Assembly (NCBI GenBank): GCA_965205015.1
Contig: OZ242029.1
Span: forward strand, 4,384,001 to 4,448,000
Origin: Candidatus Poribacteria bacterium
GTDB taxonomy: Bacteria; Poribacteria; WGA-4E; WGA-3G
Reading direction: 5' to 3'
DNA length: 64,000 nucleotides
Of this stretch, positions 19,557 to 29,160 are shown piece after piece; positions within the stretch are counted from its first letter, which is position 1; the number at the start of each line of letters is the position of its first letter. The translations under genes and the position numbers were made by a program. Under the pieces are notes generated by a model, which saw only the letters and a program-made list of their open reading frames with translations, was not told the DNA's origin and did no database searches.

Positions 19557-20582
19557 ATGCCTTATGGAGACAACGACTGGCTCGCTTTAACCGAAGAACC
19601 GACACTGGAACCAGAGTTACCTATCTGCGACCCGCACCATCATTTTTGGGATTTCCGAACCGAGCGTATCCCTTACCAACGGTATCTGCTCCACGAGTTG
19701 ATTGCAGATATTAATAGTGGACACAACGTGCGTTCTACTGTGTTTGTTGAGGCGAGAGCGATGTACCGAGCCGATGGACCGGAGGAGATGCGTCCTGTCG
19801 GTGAAGTCGAATTTGTGCAAGGTCTCGCAGCTGCGAGCGCGAGTGGTTTATATGGCGAAAGTCGTGCCGCCGCTGCAATCGTCGGACACGCCAACCTAAA
19901 TTTGGGTGAACGCGTTGAGCCGGTCTTGGAAGCCTTGCAGGCAGCGAGCCCAAATCGGTTTCGGGGTATCCGTCATTCTGTCACTTGGGATCCGCACCCT
20001 GAAATAGCAGGCGCTTCCGCTTACAGAATAGAAGGGCAACTGGCGCGTGAGGACTTTCGTGCGGGTGCGCGGGTGTTGGCAAGCATGGGGATGTCTTTCG
20101 AGGCATGGATGTACGCGCCACAACTCTCGGAACTCGCTGATTTCGCGAGAGCGGTTCCCGATCTGACAATTATCTCAAATCATATTGGCGGTCTGCTGCG
20201 GGACGGTCCTTATGGTGGCAGAGATGACGAAGTGCTGGCAAACTGGCGGAGCGGTATCGCTGCTATAGCCGCTTGTCCGAACGTTCACATGAAACTCGGC
20301 GGTATTGGAATGCCACGCACCGGCTTCGATTGGCACGAACGGGAACAGCCGATCGGTTCTGAAGAGTTAGCCGAGTCTATGGCACCCTTCATGAATTACT
20401 GCATAGAACAGTTCGGTCCGGAGCGGTGCATGTTTGAAAGCAACTTCCCCGTCGACAAGGTCTCGTTCTCCTACCACGTGATGTACAATGCGTTCAAACG
20501 GTTGTCATCTGGCTACTCGGACACCGAACGCGCACTGCTATTTCACGATACCGCCGCTCGTGTGTATCGGATAGATGTCTGA
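19557..20582 (+). CDS. amidohydrolase family 2 (sugar-lactonase-like)
   Basis: ICDPHHHFWD, NRFRGIRH, NHIGG, FGPERCMFESNFPVD. Confidence 0.85.
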   Translation: MPYGDNDWLALTEEPTLEPELPICDPHHHFWDFRTERIPYQRYLLHELIADINSGHNVRSTVFVEARAMYRADGPEEMRPVGEVEFVQGLAAASASGLYGESRAAAAIVGHANLNLGERVEPVLEALQAASPNRFRGIRHSVTWDPHPEIAGASAYRIEGQLAREDFRAGARVLASMGMSFEAWMYAPQLSELADFARAVPDLTIISNHIGGLLRDGPYGGRDDEVLANWRSGIAAIAACPNVHMKLGGIGMPRTGFDWHEREQPIGSEELAESMAPFMNYCIEQFGPERCMFESNFPVDKVSFSYHVMYNAFKRLSSGYSDTERALLFHDTAARVYRIDV

Positions 20583-20596
20583 GGTTATGGGCAAGA

Positions 20597-20623
20597 GTGG
20601 GCAGGCACAAGACCTGCCCCTAC
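20597..20623 (-). repeat. GTAG-type REP-like palindrome
   Basis: Minus strand GTAG-GGGCAGG-tcttgtg-CCTGCCC just after the amidohydrolase stop. Confidence 0.6.
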
Positions 20624-20683
20624 AAATTGGATAGATGAGAACATTTACAACTACCGCACGAACTACCGACCGCCGATTGCTGA

Positions 20684-20812
20684 CTACCATTTCATCCCGA
20701 ACTCCTTGGCGACCTGCTCAAGCGTAACCGTTTCCGCTGTTCCATCTTCATAATCTGCTATACGCCGGTCTAATTCCTCGGCAAACTTTGGACGAAGTTC
20801 CAATCCTTCGAA
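20684..20812 (-). pseudogene. C-terminal fragment of a small antitoxin-like protein
   Basis: Translates to FEGLELRPKFAEELDRRIADYEDGTAETVTLEQVAKEFGMKW*; 5' part missing, abuts the dprA-like start. Confidence 0.5.
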
Positions 20813-20816
20813 ACAG

Positions 20817-21737
20817 ATGAAAATTAACACAGACTATTTCTGGTTCTGGCTCTTTAAAGCACACGGCATAGGATCTAAGACACTGGCTTCCGTTGCGAAG
20901 ATATTAGAGGCAGAGGGCCACAATCCAGAAACATTGCCACTCAACCAAAACGACCTCTCGGAGCAGTTTCCAAAATTCGCGAAAATCCTTACGGGAAAAA
21001 TTCGCGAAGAGGATAGCGGAAAGGTATTCGCAGCGTATGAGCAACTCAAAGAGCAGGGAATTGATATTATTCACCCCGGGCACCCAGATTTTCCATCACA
21101 GCTTCTTGAAATTTCACCGGTTCTGTTTACGAAAGGACAGCAAAAACGCCTTATGTCCGATAGCGTAACGATTGTTGGGGCGCGGAATGTATCAGATGAA
21201 GGGATTCATATCACAAGAAAACTGGCAGGGGATCTTGTAGGGGCGGGGATAAATATCGTCTCTGGATATGCCGAAGGTGTTGACTTAGAAGCACATTTAG
21301 GTGCGTTAGAAGCAGACGGAACAACGACACTCGTGCTTTCTAACGGCATCAAGCAGCTCCGTAAAAAAAGTGCCTTTAAGAAATTCAATTGGGATCAAGA
21401 TGTACTCGCGGTTTCACAGTTTGACCCAGACGCCAAGCGGCACTTGTGGTATGCACTGCCGCGAAATCAGCTGGTATGTGGACTCTCCACAGCTGTTGTC
21501 GTTATTGAATCCGGACCTGAGCAGGATGTTCACGGTAAGATGAGTGGAACGTTTTATACCGCAAAAACGGCACTTGACATGAATCTACCGCTTTTTGTTC
21601 TCAACCCAAGTTGCCTTGACAATCCACCAAAAGGTAATGCAGCACTAATTGCGTTAGGCGGTTATAGTTTAGATGCGATTAATGGCGCGGAGAAGATTGT
21701 AGAACATATTTCTGACAAAAATGTTTATTCCCCTTGA
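20817..21737 (+). CDS. DprA/Smf-like (SLOG) DNA-processing protein
   Basis: IVGARNVS, IVSGYAEGVDLEAHLGAL, RNQLVCGLSTAVVVIESG, SGTFYTA; no C-terminal winged-helix extension. Confidence 0.8.
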   Translation: MKINTDYFWFWLFKAHGIGSKTLASVAKILEAEGHNPETLPLNQNDLSEQFPKFAKILTGKIREEDSGKVFAAYEQLKEQGIDIIHPGHPDFPSQLLEISPVLFTKGQQKRLMSDSVTIVGARNVSDEGIHITRKLAGDLVGAGINIVSGYAEGVDLEAHLGALEADGTTTLVLSNGIKQLRKKSAFKKFNWDQDVLAVSQFDPDAKRHLWYALPRNQLVCGLSTAVVVIESGPEQDVHGKMSGTFYTAKTALDMNLPLFVLNPSCLDNPPKGNAALIALGGYSLDAINGAEKIVEHISDKNVYSP

Positions 21738-24187
21738 ACCAGCTTGAACTTGTGTGCCGCCTCTGCTATGCCGACGAATCGGCTGTAAATCGCAACACGG
21801 CTGAGTTTACCTTCCCAGTTCCTGCCACCACTCGCTTCATCACCGAAAAGCAATGGATAGCGTTCCCAATTGCTGAAATCCCCTTGTGTTCCGTTGCTAA
21901 GGTGCGCGAGCTCACCGTCGATATAGCAGTAGACATTCCCCGGAAAATAACTGACGATGACATGTATCGGTTTTTCCGATTCGATCTTACCGAAATGAAA
22001 CTCACCGCCCAACGCATTCGTGCCCGTCCGAGGCGTGCGGATCCTCACAGCGAAACGGTTTCCGTCTTGCCCAAAAGTAAAGTTACGGTGGGTAGAATCG
22101 TTCGAGAATGAGATAATCCGCGCGGGACCGCTCTGATCCAAGTTATCCGTCGTAACGAGACACTCAAGCGTCAATTGGTTGCTTGCCTGACATGCTTCCA
22201 AAAGCGCGTCGTTAACATCTTTCGTAAGAAATGCACCACCAGTGAGATCCATCTGTCCGTCCGCGTCGATTTTCGCATCGCCGTGGGGTTCAACCTCTCC
22301 ACTGTCCTCAAGCGCGCCGTGCCAGAGAAAAACAAGCCCATCGCGCGAACCGGGGAATTCCGTATGCGTCCCGATGTCAACCGGTGCCGCCGGTGATACA
22401 TGGATCGCAAGGGATGTCGTTGAGGTGTCACCCTCTGGGTCCATCACGGTGAGCGTTGCGACGTACTGTCCGAGGTTTTCGTAGACGTGCGTCAGATTCG
22501 ACGCAGTGCTTGTCGTACCGTCTCCAAAACTCCAGTGGTGTGCAAGGTCGCCTGCCGCTGAGAAGTTCACTGTGAGTGGGGCACTGCCTTGAAGAATATC
22601 GGCAGATGCTTTCGCCTCTGGACGGAGTTTCTCGCCCGGGGCGTATGGCGTAAAGCGATACGCGACCCCGTTATGTGGCGAAGCGAACGTATGTTCTCCG
22701 GGGTGTGCTGTGCCAACAGGGACAATCTTCATATTCCACGTATCCACGCGATCGACTTTATAAGGTCGCTCGCCTTTCAAGTCCAGTGTTATCGTTTGCG
22801 GTTCGGTTGTGTAAGTAAGGTAGTATTCTCCATGTTTCGCGAGGATATATCGTCCCTTATCATCACCGATCGGTTCGAGCGTTTCAAAGGCTGGTGTGTT
22901 GGTTTCCATGAAGTTTTTGAGAAACGCGATTCGCGGTGGACTCTCACCTCGTAGCACACCCCCTTTCGCCCACCACAGTAGGTTTTCGCGGTGTTTGTAT
23001 GTCTCTCCGTGTCCGACATAGCAACCGGAGACTGTCCCCGCCCAAAAGCGTTGCACCATCTCTTCAGCAGTGATATTTCCCCATCCTTGCGGAATATCGC
23101 CTTCGTACCGACACTCATCGTAGATAACAGGTTTTCCGTATTGCGTGCGATAGCGGATACCTTGTGCCATGTTGGAGGTTTGAATACTGGTATGTGTCAC
23201 CCATGGCTTATTGTGGTCATACCAACGTCTGCCGTTGTGAATCCCGCGCAGCCGCTGATACGGATCGTGATCTCGGATAATCTGGAAGAACCGATCCCAA
23301 TCGGATTCCTCTTTCGCCGGCATAAAGTCGTATTCATTAGCAAGGGACCACCAGACGTTTCGGAACGCCGCCAGGCGGGCAACGGCGTAACGGATGTATC
23401 GGTCATCGTTTTCGGCATCCATGTACTCAAAACCCCAACGGTCATAGGTATGAAAGAGGATGATGTCCGCCTCGATACCGAGATCCAAAAGGTCTTGCAC
23501 CCGCCCTTCGAAATGCTGCCAAAATTCAGGATTGAATCTGGTGAAATCCCAATCCTTTAGCGGTTTCCCTTCATAAGGATAGTAGACGGGTTCGTTTTTG
23601 TTGTAAACGTAGTCTTTTGGAAAAATGCACATCCGCATCTTGTTGAACGGTGCCTCGGCAAGGGTTTCGAGCGTCTGTTTTTCCATCGCTTCTCCCTGAT
23701 GTGCCCAGGCATAACAGGTCGTTCCGAATTGATGGTAGGGTGTGCCATCGGCATAGTGGAGATAGAAATCTTTATAGACGCGGACAGGTCCGTGATTTCC
23801 CTCGGATGGCGCGACGCACGTAAACTGCCCTGTCTTACCGTTGAGTTCTGGGATGTTACTTTTTGTGGTGTACGTCCACTCACCGACCGCATCGGGCATG
23901 AATCGGATTTTGTAAATTCCGTTGCCGTCATAGAATCCCTGAGGCTCGAACATCTGTTCCGCATTTGTATCACGACGTTTAAATTTTGCTGTTAATTCGA
24001 CCTCAGTGAACGAATTTCCTGTACTCGGTCCATTCAAAATTACTTCATATACTCCCCAACGTTCAACCATATTCGCCTCCGATTTTGGCACAGTTTGCTG
24101 GTTTCCAAAACTTTCTGTTAAAAAGTGGGCATTCGCGAGCGAGAACACAACTGCAAAAATCACGATAGGAAAAATGTTCCTCACCAT
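21725..24187 (-). CDS. secreted DUF5060/DUF4038-type glycoside hydrolase-like protein with PKD and LamG domains
   Basis: VERWGVYE, GTTCYAW, WWSLANEYD, DECRYEG; PKD GSAPLTVNFS...WSFGDG; C-terminal LamG-like ARIISFS...NFTFGQ. Confidence 0.75.
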   Translation of the reverse strand: MVRNIFPIVIFAVVFSLANAHFLTESFGNQQTVPKSEANMVERWGVYEVILNGPSTGNSFTEVELTAKFKRRDTNAEQMFEPQGFYDGNGIYKIRFMPDAVGEWTYTTKSNIPELNGKTGQFTCVAPSEGNHGPVRVYKDFYLHYADGTPYHQFGTTCYAWAHQGEAMEKQTLETLAEAPFNKMRMCIFPKDYVYNKNEPVYYPYEGKPLKDWDFTRFNPEFWQHFEGRVQDLLDLGIEADIILFHTYDRWGFEYMDAENDDRYIRYAVARLAAFRNVWWSLANEYDFMPAKEESDWDRFFQIIRDHDPYQRLRGIHNGRRWYDHNKPWVTHTSIQTSNMAQGIRYRTQYGKPVIYDECRYEGDIPQGWGNITAEEMVQRFWAGTVSGCYVGHGETYKHRENLLWWAKGGVLRGESPPRIAFLKNFMETNTPAFETLEPIGDDKGRYILAKHGEYYLTYTTEPQTITLDLKGERPYKVDRVDTWNMKIVPVGTAHPGEHTFASPHNGVAYRFTPYAPGEKLRPEAKASADILQGSAPLTVNFSAAGDLAHHWSFGDGTTSTASNLTHVYENLGQYVATLTVMDPEGDTSTTSLAIHVSPAAPVDIGTHTEFPGSRDGLVFLWHGALEDSGEVEPHGDAKIDADGQMDLTGGAFLTKDVNDALLEACQASNQLTLECLVTTDNLDQSGPARIISFSNDSTHRNFTFGQDGNRFAVRIRTPRTGTNALGGEFHFGKIESEKPIHVIVSYFPGNVYCYIDGELAHLSNGTQGDFSNWERYPLLFGDEASGGRNWEGKLSRVAIYSRFVGIAEAAHKFKLVQGE

Positions 24188-24216
24188 TAAGTGCCTCCAT
24201 AAGCGCAAGAAAAAAA

Positions 24217-24245
24217 TTGTCAATTTCACAGAAAAGTTATATAAT
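24217..24245 (+). promoter_or_regulatory. sigma70 promoter of desaturase
   Basis: TTGTCA-17 bp-TATAAT. Confidence 0.55.
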
Positions 24246-24279
24246 ATTCCTATATGCTAAAGGTGAAGAGGATATTCAA

Positions 24280-25425
24280 ATGACGTATCAACCCCTTGCT
24301 GAAGTACGGAAGACACTCTATGTAAAATGGTATCGCAGCAAAATAGATCGCACAACCCTACGGAACTTGTCAAAACGAAGCGACGTGCAAGGCTGGTTTC
24401 AGGCAGGCGGACATCTTGCCCTCTGGTTATTGACGGGGAGTGTCGTCTACCTCTTTTGGTCGCAAGCGATGTGGCTTGGCTTTTGCGTTGCCCTATTTTT
24501 GCATGGCACAGTCGCCAGTTTTTTCAAAGGGACAGCCAATCACGAATTGGGACACGGCACCGTGTTTCGCACCAAGTGGTTGAACAAATTTTTCCTTTAC
24601 CTCTTTAGTCTCATCAGTTGGTGGGATCATTTTGACTATGCCAGTAGCCATACCTACCATCACCGTTACACGTTATACCCCGAAGGGGATCGCGAAAACC
24701 TTCTTCCACTTGAACCCAAGTTGGGATCCTTATTCGTTCTCCAACTGTTTACCATCAATTTGCTCACGCAACCCGGGCGCACCTTTAGCAAAGGTGGACT
24801 CATTGCTGCGGTTGTCTGCACGATCCGTAGCGCCTTTGGCAAAGAAGGACCACCAGAAATCCCGAGTCAGGAGTGGCTGGCATCATTACATGTGGACCAA
24901 CCCGAAGAGCATAAAAATTCGATGGGGTGGTCTCGGGTTCTACTCCTTTTTCATGGCACGCTGCTTATCGTTTCGCTCGCCACAGGCTATTGGGTTTTCC
25001 CGCTCATCATCACTGTTAGTGCATTTATTGCCAACTGGGGCTCCTACGCCGTTTCCCTCCCTCAACATTGTGGTCTAAAAGAAAATGACCCTGACTTCCG
25101 CAAATGCACACGGTCAATTACACTCAATCCCTTGGCAGAATTTTTGTATTGGCGTATGAATTGGCACACTGAACATCACATGTTTGCCGGAGTCCCCTGC
25201 TACAATTTGAAAAAATTGCATCATCTCATTGCCGAAGATATGCCTGAACCGCGCACGCTTTTAGGGGCTTGGCGAGAAATGCGAGAAACTTGGCAACGAC
25301 AGAAAACCGACCCCGACTACTTTTATGATACGCCACTTCCACCAACGGCTCAGCATATACCTACCGAAGAATCCGATATGCTGGAAAGTTCCATTGGGGA
25401 ATTGGCACCTAAGGGGTTGGAGTGA
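24280..25425 (+). CDS. membrane fatty-acid desaturase superfamily protein (MocD-like)
   Basis: His boxes HELGH, HTYHH, HTEHH; YWRMNWH...VPCYNL. Confidence 0.85.
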   Translation: MTYQPLAEVRKTLYVKWYRSKIDRTTLRNLSKRSDVQGWFQAGGHLALWLLTGSVVYLFWSQAMWLGFCVALFLHGTVASFFKGTANHELGHGTVFRTKWLNKFFLYLFSLISWWDHFDYASSHTYHHRYTLYPEGDRENLLPLEPKLGSLFVLQLFTINLLTQPGRTFSKGGLIAAVVCTIRSAFGKEGPPEIPSQEWLASLHVDQPEEHKNSMGWSRVLLLFHGTLLIVSLATGYWVFPLIITVSAFIANWGSYAVSLPQHCGLKENDPDFRKCTRSITLNPLAEFLYWRMNWHTEHHMFAGVPCYNLKKLHHLIAEDMPEPRTLLGAWREMRETWQRQKTDPDYFYDTPLPPTAQHIPTEESDMLESSIGELAPKGLE

Positions 25426-25490
25426 TGAACCACCAACGCCTCTTCTGTTTCTCAATTGTGTAAAAATCTGCCATTGTGACGGGTCTTTCT

Positions 25491-26438
25491 TTATCTTTTC
25501 GGTGGTTTAATCATCAGATTTTCAATGATGTGCACAAACTCGCTATCTGACAACCGAACTTTTAGATAAGACCGGGAACCGGGTTTCATCTCCCACTCAT
25601 ATCCGTTCGATAGTCTGCCTTTACCCTCTGTAATTTCAGTGAAATCGTCACCGAGCCCGCGTACGCCATATAAAACCGCGATCTGGTCCCAACTGGAACG
25701 TCCCTTGTATTGTCCGTTGAACCTTCGATAATACGCCTCCCGTACCGGATTTTCATCAAGTGTCTCTGCGAGTCTCGCACCGGTATGTACAGTCTCGCCG
25801 TGCTCACTGATAACAAGGGGCGTGGGCCAATTGCGGATAACATACTCCGATTTATCAATCAGACCGTGGCGAACCGTATTGTAAGGATCGTCGATACGTA
25901 ACGCCATCACCACAAGTTCTGTAACCTTTTGGGAAACGAGGTTAGCATCCGCTTGCAAGAGGTCGTAGAGATTGTTGAGAAACCCGACGCTGATAATTGT
26001 CACCGAGTTGTCCGGTTGTTCGCTTAACACTTGCCGATAGATTTCCAAGGAACTGGGTGTTGGCGCAGTCGGGAGATCATGTGGGAAATTAGCGGCGATG
26101 CCCTCCAAATAACTCGATTCATCAGGATCAGCGAGATCGCCCTTATAGGTACCGATCGGAATATCACCTCGATTGTACCATGTATTTATTGCACAAATGG
26201 CACCAGCACCGCTCGGATGTACTTCGTTGAAGGAAATAGCGAGGATTTCAACCTCTCCGTTATCCGCAAGCGCGTGCAACACAGCAAGCGCACCGACATC
26301 ATCTACGTCGGTACACATATCCGTCTCAAATATCACTCTCTTTGGAAACATTTCCTCGGTCCCTTCTGCCAGCAAGTTGGATGGTGTCAGTATCATAGGA
26401 AAAAACGTCAATATTGTCACAAGATATGAAACTTTCAA
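25491..26438 (-). CDS. secreted nucleoside-hydrolase-like protein
   Basis: IFETDMCTDVDDVGAL, ISVGFLNNL, RSSWD; signal peptide. Confidence 0.75.
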   Translation of the reverse strand: MKVSYLVTILTFFPMILTPSNLLAEGTEEMFPKRVIFETDMCTDVDDVGALAVLHALADNGEVEILAISFNEVHPSGAGAICAINTWYNRGDIPIGTYKGDLADPDESSYLEGIAANFPHDLPTAPTPSSLEIYRQVLSEQPDNSVTIISVGFLNNLYDLLQADANLVSQKVTELVVMALRIDDPYNTVRHGLIDKSEYVIRNWPTPLVISEHGETVHTGARLAETLDENPVREAYYRRFNGQYKGRSSWDQIAVLYGVRGLGDDFTEITEGKGRLSNGYEWEMKPGSRSYLKVRLSDSEFVHIIENLMIKPPKR

Positions 26439-26476
26439 ATGTCTCTCCCCAAGAAAACAAAAACTGAATCCTGTAT

Positions 26477-27514
26477 TTATACCCTTATACCGTCAGTCCT
26501 CGCGAAAAAAGTGTCTTTCGTGCTGAGATGCCGCCATCTCTCAATAATTTCGCTATAGACTTCAGGTTCATCTTTGTCGTGGATGCGTCCGCGGGCATCA
26601 AGCCAACTAACAATCCGACGCACACCTTCAACGAACGGAATCGTATAGCGGAAATTCAGGTCCGCTTTGGCGGCAGCGTTATCAAAAATATTGTTGTGTT
26701 GAAAATTCTCTCTACACCATTCGGCAGCCTTTGGAACAACCTCAAATAGCAGATCGGTTGGAATGTGCACCAGTTCGGGTTCAGAGGCGTTCATCGCTTG
26801 TGCAACTGTCTGATGGTACTGGTTCCAAGTCATCGCTTCTTCGCTCGCCGTGTGGTACCCTTTGCCGAATGCCTTTTCATTGCCAACCGCTTCGGCGAAC
26901 GCTTGTCCTACATCGTCACGATGACACGCTGCCCAGAGAGAAGAACCATCACCGTGCGTGATAATCGGCTTCCCTTTGCGGATACGATGGAAGTAGTACG
27001 CACCGCCGAGACCGAGTGAATGAATCAGACCGCGCCCCTCGCCATAAGTGTGGGCAGGACGGATAATCGTGACCGGAAAATCGCCACGTTGGTATGCTTC
27101 CTCCAAAAGACGCTCACACTTTGCCTTATTGTAGGCGTAGGGGAAAGATGGCATAGGTTCCCGCGCTGCATCCTCACGAATAGGATAGCCCCGCGCCGGT
27201 TTCGTATAAACATCGACTGTGCTACAGAAAATGAATTGTCCAATATTACCACGAAACGCACGGATCGCACTCTCAATATCCGCTGGCACAAAACCGATCA
27301 TGTCAATGACAGCGTCGAAATTCCCTGCTTCTGTCATCTGTGCTTCAAAAGCGGCGGAGTCCTTCCGATTACCAATAATGGTATTATACCGTTCTGGAAT
27401 ATCAGCCTCCGTCTGTCCACGGTTGTAGAGCGTCACATCATCCCCACGCGCAATGAGAGCGCGTGTAATCGCCGTGCTAATCAATCCTGTCCCACCAATA
27501 ATTAAAACCCGCAT
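26477..27514 (-). CDS. NAD-dependent epimerase/dehydratase (extended SDR)
   Basis: IIGGTGLIS, YAYNK, IIRPAHTYG; upstream TTGACA-17-TATACT at 27589-27561. Confidence 0.85.
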   Translation of the reverse strand: MRVLIIGGTGLISTAITRALIARGDDVTLYNRGQTEADIPERYNTIIGNRKDSAAFEAQMTEAGNFDAVIDMIGFVPADIESAIRAFRGNIGQFIFCSTVDVYTKPARGYPIREDAAREPMPSFPYAYNKAKCERLLEEAYQRGDFPVTIIRPAHTYGEGRGLIHSLGLGGAYYFHRIRKGKPIITHGDGSSLWAACHRDDVGQAFAEAVGNEKAFGKGYHTASEEAMTWNQYHQTVAQAMNASEPELVHIPTDLLFEVVPKAAEWCRENFQHNNIFDNAAAKADLNFRYTIPFVEGVRRIVSWLDARGRIHDKDEPEVYSEIIERWRHLSTKDTFFARTDGIRV

Positions 27515-27622
27515 GAATGTCTCCGATCTGATGTAAAGATAAAAACGCCTTCTACTGCCAAGTATATTTTAACAAGTGAGATATGTCAAGGAGTTCTGTA
27601 ACGTGAGTCTTTTGAACAGACC

Positions 27623-27726
27623 TGTTCAGAAATTGAACGATGGGAAACAATTCATGGGTAAACCGTCCCAAAATTCTATTGTAGCGGCAGTTTTGCGCTT
27701 GAATGACCTTTGGCACAAAAATTGCT
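27623..27726 (+). promoter_or_regulatory. sigma54 promoter with upstream palindromic enhancer
   Basis: TGTTCA-GAAAT-TGAACG (27623-39) and TGGCAC-AAAAA-TTGCT (27711-26). Confidence 0.7.
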
Positions 27727-28005
27727 TAAATAGCCTTAAGGCTCGTTTATTGATTTGGAAATTTGTGTAAAGTGAATTGATTCTATTGTATTTTCTTTAG
27801 AAGGGAGAATTTAAAGATGAAAAACCTTACCTGCTGCACTGACTGTATCATAAAACAGGTCGGATAATATAATGTGTCCTACTGGACAGCGAAGGTTTGC
27901 TCGGCGTTTATTATCTTTTCAGCACCTAAGACCAATTCATTGATCTTACCGGCTTCCCTAAGAAAATACTAATTCTTGCAAGTTGTAGGTTAGCGAACAA
28001 TTATA

Positions 28006-28542
28006 ATGATTGAAATTCAAAAGCACGGTGCAGTCCTCCATACGGATCCAGACGGGTATCTTATCCCCGACGTAAGTTTGGATAATATCGTTCCTCCGTG
28101 GGATGAAGCCGTCGACTTTATTAAAAACGCATATATTGGACACCTCGGAGAAAGTCTCCACAGTGTGTACATCCGGGGATCCGTGGCGCGAGGCTTAGCT
28201 GTTGAAGGTATCTCCGACCTTGACTCTTTTGCACTTGCTCGTGGATACCCATCTAAAATGGAAGGGGTCAAGATAGGCTGCAGGTGGATTTGTAAGCGGT
28301 TTCTACGCGCTGGGATGGATCTCGTGTTATCACGTTCAAAGGCTTTCACTCGCGATCTGTATTATTGCTATGAAGAATTTGCTAAGTTCTATCCACAGCA
28401 GGATGCCGCGATGTGGCAGGCATTGGAATACGCCATAAATCCGACAGGAAATGTAGAGGAACTTCTTCCACTTGTTAAGGAACTTGGTGACTTTCTTGCG
28501 CAAGAGGCAGACGTTGTGTTTGGAGTGCCGCAAAACTCGTAA
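28006..28542 (+). pseudogene. nucleotidyltransferase-domain protein, probably internally deleted
   Basis: HSVYIRGSVARG...ISDLD (pol-beta GS...DxD) is joined almost directly to the C-terminal helical part (FTRDLY..YEEFAKFYP); the rest of the NTase fold appears to be missing. Confidence 0.55.
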
Positions 28543-28599
28543 AACAGATAGTGGGTGATCACCCAGAAATGATTGTATATACAGAAAGGAGAAAGTTCT

Positions 28600-29100
28600 A
28601 TGAGAAATTCATATTTAACCCAGATTGTTTTCAATAAACATTCTTGTTATTTCTTGATACCGATTATGAGTCTTTTACTTATCACTATTTACATACCCGG
28701 GTGCGGGGCGGACGGCGATACCGACGAAGAATCCAGTAGTCCAACAAGTATCGTTCAACCCGCATCGACCCTTTCTACGTCGACCACGCCGCCACCAGTG
28801 GCAATCGCTGAAGCCGAACCAGAAGAAGAGATCGGCATCTCTTTCCAGAACGACATTTTGCCGATTCTCGAAGAGAATTGCGCACTTGCTGGATGTCACG
28901 TCGCTGGCGGCGCAGCAGGACTCGACCTGACGGGGTACGACTCCTTCGAGAAAAGCGGTACGTTCGTCCCAGGAAACGCTAAAAGGAGTATCCTTATTAC
29001 CCGCATTGACGGCGGTGGCATGCCACCCGCAGGACCTCTTGACGATGACTTGATAGACCTTGTCAAAGACTGGATTGATGAGGGTGCCGAGAATAATTGA
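28600..29100 (+). CDS. lipoprotein with planctomycete-type cytochrome c domain
   Basis: Lipobox IPGC, S/T/P-rich linker, ISFQNDILPILEENCALAGCH...MPP...WIDEGA. Confidence 0.75.
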   Translation: MRNSYLTQIVFNKHSCYFLIPIMSLLLITIYIPGCGADGDTDEESSSPTSIVQPASTLSTSTTPPPVAIAEAEPEEEIGISFQNDILPILEENCALAGCHVAGGAAGLDLTGYDSFEKSGTFVPGNAKRSILITRIDGGGMPPAGPLDDDLIDLVKDWIDEGAENN

Positions 29101-29160
29101 TTTTATCCATCATAAAATTCAATTCTGTCTGCCGATATATCACCTAAGGAGGATTCTGCG

